In this document: in pieces, positions 36,701 to 44,563 of the stretch | How the letters are laid out: the number at the start of each line of letters is the position of its first letter | Numbering within the stretch: the stretch's first letter is position 1 | NCBI GenBank assembly: GCA_013239625.1 | Contig: MU054323.1 | Location: 4,082,161-4,126,723 of the forward strand | Direction of reading: 5' to 3' | Origin: Lama guanicoe | Taxonomy: Eukaryota | DNA: 44,563 nucleotides | Notes under the pieces: generated by a model | What the model was told of the DNA's origin: nothing | What the model saw: the letters and a program-made list of their open reading frames with translations, nothing else | Database searches by the model: none | Program-made: the position numbers and the translations under genes

Positions 36701-37021
36701 ATAAGAAGAGATTCTGAGTAAAGAATATTACCAGCACTGACTCTATCATCCAGATTCGAGGTTTCAACATTCAGGACTTACTTCAGTGTTTTAAATTGTT
36801 TAGTTAATATGTGGTAGCTTTCTCTGCAAGAAAAAAAGCATCTTGTAAAATCTGTGCTGTTTTGTCACACTATTTGTAGCAGAAGTTTATGATACGTCTA
36901 GAGGAGAAAAAAAGTTCTGCTAGCCTTATCCTTGCTTAATTATAGGTGTATTTTGACAGTTTTCCTGAAAGTTGCTAGTTCCTGTTAAGAAATTTCAGGA
37001 TTAAAAAAAAAATTGGACTTA

Positions 37022-37117
37022 GGGGGATGGGTATAGGTCAGTGGTAGAGCACATGCTTAACGTGCACAAGGTCCTGGGTTCAATTCCAGTACCTCTATTA
37101 AAAAACAAAACAAAAAC
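37022..37117 (+). mobile_element. Short tRNA-derived SINE (camelid-type) with TSD
   Basis: A box (taggtcagtggtagagc), B box (ggttcaattcc) and an A-rich tail. 14-bp TSD AAAAATTGGACTTA at 37008-37021 and 37118-37131. Confidence 0.93.
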
Positions 37118-37402
37118 AAAAATTGGACTTATCGTTTAAATAATTGGAAAACAGATTGATGTTTTTTCCCTGTGATTTAACTAATAACAATAAAAAAGTA
37201 CTCATGCCCTCAACTTGAGAAACAAAGCATCACCTCTACCTTTGAAAGACTCTCTATATGTCCCCCTCTAATTACATCACCCTCCCTTCCTATTAATGTA
37301 AGCAAATTCCCGATTTTCGTGATTCTCATTCTAGTGTTTTTCTACCTAGTTTTACCATATTTGTATCTGATCCAAAAATATGATATTTAATTTTGCATTT
37401 TT

Positions 37403-38071
37403 TTCTTTTCCCTTTTTCTATTCTTTTTTTAAAAATTTTTTATTGATTTATAATCATTTTACAATGTTGTGTCAAATTCCAGTGTTCAGCACAATTTTTC
37501 AGTCATTCATGGACATATACACACTCATTGTCACATTTTTTTCTCTGTGATTTATCATAACATTTTTAAAAAAAGTCCCTGTGCTATACAGTGTAATCTT
37601 GTTTATCTGTTCTACAATTTTGAAATCCCAGTCTATCCCTTCCCACCCTCTTCCCTCCTGGTAACCACAAGTCTGTATTCTCTGTCCATGAGTCTTTAGA
37701 TTCCACATATGAGCGATCTCATATGGTATTTTTCTTTTTCTTTCTGGCTTACTTCACTTAGAATGACATTCTCTAGGAGCATCCATGTTGCTGCAAATGG
37801 CATTATGTTGTCGGTTTTTATGGCTGAGTAGTATTCCATTGTATAAATATACCACATCTTCTTTATCCAGTCACCTGTTGATGGACATTTAGGCTGTTTC
37901 CATGTTTTGGCTATTGTAAATAGTGCTGCTATGAACATTGGGGTGCAGGTGTCATCCTGAAGTAGGGTTCCTTCTGGATACAAGCCCAGGAGTGGGATTC
38001 CTGGGTCTTATGGTAAGTCTATTCCTAGTCTTTTGAGGAATCTCCACACTGTTTTCCATAGTGGCTGTACC
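37403..38071 (-). mobile_element. Young 5'-truncated LINE-1 with TSD
   Basis: ORF 37696-37983 is an uninterrupted ORF2p C-terminus ([43 protein letters not shown]...SEVSQKEKEKYHMRSLICGI*). 16-bp TSD TTAATTTTGCATTTTT at 37387-37402 and 38072-38087. Confidence 0.95.
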
Positions 38072-38179
38072 TTAATTTTGCATTTTTCAGTTTTTACATA
38101 AAATTTTTTAATTAAGTAGTATATTATAGAAGTTCATCCATTTTGATGATGTAGCTGTACCTAGTTCATTTCCCAATAT

Positions 38180-39500
38180 AGATAATTTTTATTTCTGCTT
38201 TTCTTTGTTTGGCTAGAGGGTCATCAGTTTTATTGCTCTTTTAAAACAATGAGTTTTTAGTTTGATTTTTTTCTTTTGCTTTTTGGTTTTCAGTTTGATT
38301 CATTTCTGCTCTTATCTTTATTATTTCTTTCCTTCTGCTTGCTTTTGCTTATTCTGCTGTAAAGATCAGAAAATTGATTTGAAACCCTTTCCTTTTTATG
38401 TGAACATGTAGTGCTCTATGTCACCCTCTTAGCCCTGCCTTATTTGTCTCATGCATTGTTACATTGTGTTTTAATTTCACATTGCTAAACATATTTTCTG
38501 ATTTTCCTTGTGATTTCCTGTTTGGTCCCTGGTTATATAGAAATACATGTTTATGTCCCATATATTTAGGATTTTTCCAGGTTTCTTTCTGTTCTTGATT
38601 TACAGATTAATTCCTCTGTGACCAGAGAACATACTTTGATGATTTGAATTCTTTTAAATTTGTTAAGGTTTATTTTATTGCCTAGAATATGTTTTATCTT
38701 GGTCATTGTTCCATATGCACTTAAAGAGAATATGTACTCTGTTATTGTTGGGCGACATGTGCTATAAATATCAACTGGTTTAAGTTGTCAGCTAGGTTAG
38801 ATTTTCTGTTCCTTAACTAATGTTTTATTTCCTGTCTCCATTATTTATTAGAGAGAACTGTTGAAGCTTCCAACTATAGTTGTGGTTTTTTTTCTATTTA
38901 TTCTTTTAGTCCTGTCAGTTTTTTTACTTTATGTGTTTTTGACACTCTGTTCTTAGGTACATACAGATCAAGGATTGTTACATCCTTTTAATGAATACTC
39001 ACCTTAACATAATGTAATATTTCTCTTAAACCTGGTAGTATTCCTTTGTATGAGGTCTACTTTGTCTTCTAAAAGTGACTCCTGTTTTCTTTTGATTACT
39101 ATTTCCTGGTATATCTTTTATCATCCTTTTACTTTTAAACTCTCTATGTTTTTATGATTAAAATTGACTTCTGGTAGACAAATATAGTTTGATCTTACTT
39201 TTTTATCCAGCATTTCAATCTATGTCTATAATTGGATTGTTTAAATCTTCTATACTTAATGTATTTCACTAATGGTAAAATTTAAGAGTTACCATTTTGC
39301 TAGTTTTTCACTTACGCCATCTCTTCTTTGTTTCTTTTTTTTCCTCTTTTTTCTAACTTTTGTTGGATTAATTCAGTATTCACTATGAATCAGTTTACTT
39401 CCACTGTTGGCTTATTAGTTACATAAGTATGTATGTATGTATGTATGTATGTATGTATTTACTGTGGTTGCTCTAGGGTTTGCAATACATATTTTTAATA
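38180..39500 (-). mobile_element. Old LINE-1 ORF2 5' (endonuclease) region
   Basis: Motifs 'gaccagagaacatactttg', 'gttccatatgcacttaaagagaatatgtactctgttattgttgg' and 'gttgaagcttccaactatagttgtgg'. Confidence 0.8.
39427..39458. repeat. (GTAT)8 microsatellite
   Basis: Eight perfect GTAT units, read directly. Confidence 0.95.
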
Positions 39501-40039
39501 TTGTATTGATTGGTTTCATAGTTCTCTTTTACACAGTATTTCTTATTAGAAAGAACTGTTTGGCTTTTATCAGATATCTTCTTGTTATAGTGATATGATT
39601 ACATTGTATGCTTCCTTTTTGATAAGAAATTAATTTGATAGATTTTGTAAAGCTGCACTCCATCATATTGTATATATCATCTTGCAGCTTGCTTCTTATA
39701 AACATTTTATGTCTAAGATTTAACCAACTTGATACATGAAGATATGATTTATTCATTTCAACTACTTTATAGTATTCATTATCTGAATAAATAGCAGGTT
39801 ATGTACCTGATTCTATACTTGTGGACAATTAATTCTTACTTATTTTTGCTATCATAATCAGTGCTGCAATGACTATTTTGGTATATATCTCCTTTTACTT
39901 ATTACTTCTCAACTAGAAGTATAAATGGTGAGTGGCTTCATTCTGTAAATATCAACTGGATCTTGTTGATTAGCCCTGTTGTTCAGGTCTTTCAAATACT
40001 ACTGATTTTCTCTCTACGATTCTAAACGTTTATGTCTTT

Positions 40040-41210
40040 AATAAGAGAGCATCATAATAAATGAAGCAAAAAAAAAATCAACAGAACTGCAAAAGAGGAG
40101 TAAATCCACCATTATAATAGAATATTAGTACCCTAATATTAGCAAGGTTGTATAAGACTTGAGACTACAAGCAACCAACTTGACCTAGTTGACATTTACA
40201 GACTACTCCATCCAATAACAGCAGAATATATATTCTTCTTGCATATACGTGGAATATTCACCAAGATAGACTATATTCTGGCCATAGAACAAACCTTATG
40301 TTTAGAAGAATTAAAATCATACTAAGTTTGTTCTCTGACTACAGTGAAATTAAATTAATAATTAATAATAGAAAGATATCTATAAAAATCCACAAGACTT
40401 AAAAAATTAAACCTTACAATCCAGAGGTCAAAAAGGAAACTACATGGAAATATTTAAAATAATTGTCACTTAAATTGAAACAGAAGTCCCACATATCAAA
40501 ATCTGTGGGATGCAGCTAAAGCTGTTCTTGGAGGAAAATCTGTAGTGTTAAATATTTCTATTAGAAAAGAGTAAAGGTCTCAAATCAATAATTTAAGATC
40601 TACCTTAAGGAAAAAAAGAGTAAGTACAACTCAGAGCAAGTAGAAGTAAGACAATGTTAGACCAGAAATAAATGAAATTAGAATTAGAAAAACAATAGAA
40701 AAAATAAAAATAAAAGTTTGTCTTTGAAAAGATCAATAAAAAAGACTGATTAGAAAAAAATAGAGAAGATACTTTTACTTAGATCATGAATTTTAAAAGA
40801 ATGCCAGTATAGATCTTCCGTATACTGAAAAGAAAACAAGGGAATATGATGAATAATTTTATGCCTATAAATTTGACAGTTTAGGAAAAAAATGACAAAT
40901 TCACTGAAAGACACAAACTACAGAAATTCCTTCAAGAAGCAATAGATAATCTGAACAAGTTTATCCTTCAAAGAAAGTGGATTCATAGTTAAAAACATTC
41001 AAATAATGAAGACTTCACAGACAAACAGTTTTATGGGTGAATTCTACCAACACTTAGGTAAAAATATACCAATTCTACAGAAATTTGTCCACAGAAAATA
41101 GATGAGTTGGTGATACTACTCAGCTCATTTTTCAGAGGCTAACATTACCCTAATATTAAACAAGACAAAAACTTTACAAGATAATAAAACTATAGACAAA
41201 TGTTCCTCAT
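40040..41210 (+). mobile_element. Old LINE-1 ORF2 fragment (endonuclease to start of RT)
   Basis: A-rich sense ORF2 motifs 'atccaataacagcagaatatatattctt', 'ggaatattcaccaagatagactatattctgggccata'-like, 'caaaatctgtgggatgcagctaaagc' and 'ggtgaattctaccaa'; many stops. Confidence 0.88.
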
Positions 41211-41901
41211 GTCCATGTTTTACATTATCATCAAAATGTATACTGTCATTTTAGCAAGTGTCTGCTGTCATTCTCTCAAAATATGTACTGTCATCCTAGT
41301 AAGGATTTGAGAGATGCAAATTTAAATGAGATTTTTTAGCATCACACATGTTAAATTTGTTTTGCTCTACTTAAAGCCTGTCTCAGATTTTGACATTTGG
41401 ACTTTCAATTAAAGTCAGACCTTTTGTTGAGTTTGAGTTGATTAACCTTTTGCAGTAGATAAGTTTCCTTTAAATAGTGCCAGGAAATTCTCTGAGGAAA
41501 GAATCCAATGAATACTTATTTATAGCCATAATATTACAATTCATCAGTCTTTGGTATTTATATTTTAAATGGGATTAAAGTATTATCTATCAAGGAAAAT
41601 TAAGCTTACTTTAACATTTTTTAAAAACAGAAACAAAGTCAAACTTACTTGACATTGCATGTAGAGAAGTTGGAATTCAGAGACACTCGTTTGAGAGGGT
41701 GTATAGTGCCAACTCCTAATGTTGGGGCTTAGGTATAATTCAGTGTTTGAATCTACACTTAGTTTACAGTTATGTGCTTTTCCAGGTCATGCAGATATAT
41801 TCTGATTGTAGACCTGACACTAAAGTCTAAAAGATAAATGACTTTTCAGTTTGACCCATAGTTACAGCTATCATCGTCACAACTCCAACCAGTGAAGTGC
41901 C

Positions 41902-42005
41902 TCTGTGACCAGTCATCCAGTTTGCTGTGGGGATTCCCAGTATGTGAGACTTTCAGTGCTAAAACTGGGAAAGACCTGGGTAAACTAGGATGAGTTGGTC
42001 ACCCA
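41902..42005. mobile_element. MER81-like hAT-Blackjack MITE
   Basis: Inverted termini GTGACCA...TGGTCAC around the core 'gagactttcagtgctaaaactgggaaag'. Confidence 0.8.
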
Positions 42006-43809
42006 TATCATTCTAAGTTTTTTTTCAATTGTCCCTTGCAGTGATTAACACATTCTCTTCTGTGTAGTAGATGAAAAACACATATGTGTTCAAAAAAATC
42101 ATTGAACACATACGTTTATCCTCAGGATTTTTCAAATGTAGTAGAAAATCACTTGCATATTGCTTGTGACATACCTTTCAATTGCTAAACAAAAAAATTC
42201 TGGGAGTCACTTTTACATGCTTTGTGGACACCACTATGATCATGTAGTGGGTCTGATCTGCATATACTATATATGTCATAGTTTCTGGGTGGGAAAACAA
42301 AATCTTGAAATAGTGTTTTCCCTTATTTTTCTTTTCTGGCAGGAAAATGACACCAACTGAATTTTTAGCCATCAAAAAATTAATACAGGATTCAGTGTTC
42401 ATTGATGATATCAACACTGGCTTTATTTTACTATACACTAGAATGCTGCATGATATATGGTGACTATCCATTAAATTACCTAGGAAAAATAGCTCTGGCC
42501 CAGAATCGTGCTAAAGATGTGGAAGATGTTTCTTTTGCTTTTCCCTCAATGAGAATCTGTACTTCTTCTGGTAGATTTCCTATTGTTTTTGTTTATTCTA
42601 GTCCTTTAATCCAGTGATGAGTGGAGCAACAGAACAGGTACCTAAGAGGAGGGAGTGAGAAAGAAAGAGGCAGAATGAGGAAGCATGAGTAAACAAAGGA
42701 GACTTGAGACCAACAGGAAAATAATAAGTGACTAAATCCAAGGACTGAATTCAGCCCCCAGTCAACTCAGGTGTTGGCTTTCTATTCTACTTCTCTCTCT
42801 AGGTAGGCACAAACCTGTTAGGTGTTACATTATGGGCAATGTAAACCCTCTTTTAACAGCTTGAGAGCAGGCCTACCCCTATAGACATCATCAGAGTGAG
42901 CTTCCTTCTTTCCCAACTCAGGGTTCATTTCCTACCATGATAGACATGTTTTACAGCAAGTGAGACAACAGATACAAAACTGCAATATTTTTTACCTCCA
43001 TTAACCTGACCAGACTCAAGAGAAGCAAGAGGTCATTAATACCTGAAACCCATTCAAGTGCACAAGCCCAAGGTAATCCTTTTATGTATAACTCAGAACT
43101 TTCTACTTCATGGTCTTATTTTTGGCTGTACAGTCGCTTCCAGTCATATCCAGGCTTTCCACTAAGGTGGAGTTAACTAAACCAAATGTAGCCCAGCCCC
43201 TAATCAGTGTTTATTTGCATGTAGTTTTTTCTCATTATAATGCCATTTTATGAGGCAAGAAGTCTTATTGCTAGGATAACTAGAAGTGGAATATGCATGT
43301 TTCTCCTTTGTTAGATTTTTTTTTTGACAGATTCCTGCTATGATTTTCACTTGGTCTAAAGGGAGCAAACCAGACCCTCCAGAATGGCACTGTCCACTGC
43401 CCGTAAGGTACTTTATAGGTCACAGTAAAATGATCAAGCATAATCTCTACTATCAGTGAACTTAAAATCTCTATTCATGGCTTCAAGAACATCACTCACA
43501 GAAGAATCAGATAAAAATTAAGATGTTAACAGCATAATTCTATATTTAAGGGTCATTTAAAATTAATATACACTTAGTGAAAATCTTACGATGAACATGA
43601 ATTTGAGCTAGGTAGATAGATTTAGATGGTGCTAAGGTAAGGGAAAGAAATGCTTAGTATGCAAATAATTATGGAAGAAACATGAGTATGACTTGTGTGG
43701 TGTTGTGTGTAGCAGTTTAATGAATTGTCCCCATCAGTATTACGGAATTAACTAATCAGAAAACACTAAAGATCCTTGATGGAAGTGTATACTTATGACT
43801 TGAACCATT

Positions 43810-44337
43810 TTATGGTTATTGGGACTAATTTGGTGGCCCAAAGTATGGGTAAATATTCTGGATGCACTTAAATATATATTCTGCTGATGTTGGTTGGAAT
43901 GGTCTATAAATGTTAGTTAGGTCAATTGTGTTGATTGGTTGATTGTGTTGTTCAAGTCTTTTATATCCTTGATATATTTACTTGTTCTATCAACTTTTCA
44001 GAGAGCATATGGAAATATTAGTTATAATTGTGGATTTGTCTTTTTTCCTTGCAATTCTATCAGGTTTTGCTTCATGCATTTTGCAGCTCTGTTATTAGGT
44101 GCAGAAACATGTATGACTGTTACATCCTTTTGATGAATTGACCCCTTTATAATTATGAAATTATGCTTTTTAAAAGCCTGGGTAATAATCTTTTCTCTGA
44201 AATATACTTTTTATATCTTCTGATTAGTGTTATCATGATATGTTTTTCCAGCCTTTTAATTTTGTGTCCTTATTATGTCCTATTTGTGTCCTTATGTTTA
44301 AAGTGCATTGTTGTAGGCAGCATGTAGTTGAGTGTTG
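43810..44337 (-). mobile_element. Old LINE-1 ORF2 endonuclease region
   Basis: Reads 'tattctgctgatgttggttggaatggtctataaatgttagttaggtc...ataattgtggatttgtc...gatgaattgacccctttataattatg'. Confidence 0.8.
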
Positions 44338-44563
44338 TTTTTTTTTTTACATTTTTTATTGATTCATAATCATTTTACAGTGTTGTGTCAAATTCCAGTG
44401 TTCAGCACAATTTTTCAGTCATTCATGGACATATACACACTCATTGTCACATTTTTTTCTCTGTGATTTATCATAACATTTTGTGTATATTTCCCTGTGC
44501 TATACAGTGTAATCTTGTTTATCTATTCTACAATTTTGAAATCCCAGTCTATCCCTTCCCACC
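44338..44563 (-). mobile_element. Young LINE-1 3' end (continues beyond the window)
   Basis: Poly-T followed by a 3'UTR nearly identical to 37435-37647. Confidence 0.93.

Noticed and set aside
37022..37097. tRNA gene
   Set aside because: It has an A-rich tail and TSD and lacks a proper acceptor stem, so it is a SINE.
1..44563. Prokaryote-type systems (operons, CRISPR, defence islands) or a novel multi-gene system
   Set aside because: The sequence is mammalian repeat-rich non-coding DNA with no gene-dense region or regularly spaced repeat array.

Overview
Mammalian genomic DNA, most likely a camelid (camel/llama/alpaca-type). The basis is a ~100-bp tRNA-derived SINE and cetartiodactyl-style young L1 3' ends, with no ruminant Bov-A/BovB or pig PRE-1 elements recognised. 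Roughly two-thirds of the window is interspersed repeat: old and young LINE-1 fragments, L2, a two-LTR MaLR (MLT1), an ERVL pro-pol remnant with an LTR33-like LTR, an LTR-less class I ERV gag-pro remnant, and DNA-transposon fossils (MER5A, MER119, MER44, MER3 and MER81-like). No intact protein-coding gene is recognisable. The ORF track consists of chance ORFs or decayed retroelement frames. T-rich + strand composition and mostly antisense L1/ERV copies suggest a large intron of a gene transcribed on the + strand, and a few short splice-signal-flanked exon candidates exist but could not be assigned to a gene. The most interesting items are (i) a 231-bp A-tailed insert that I cannot assign to a repeat family, flanked by a perfect 13-bp target-site duplication inside an LTR, (ii) the LTR-less, internally deleted ERV gag-pro piece joined in frame to unrelated sequence, and (iii) a ~6-kb repeat-poor island with enhancer-like motif clusters. 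I see no evidence for a new multi-gene system. Repeat family names come from recalled consensus similarity, not from a search, and boundaries of old elements are approximate.
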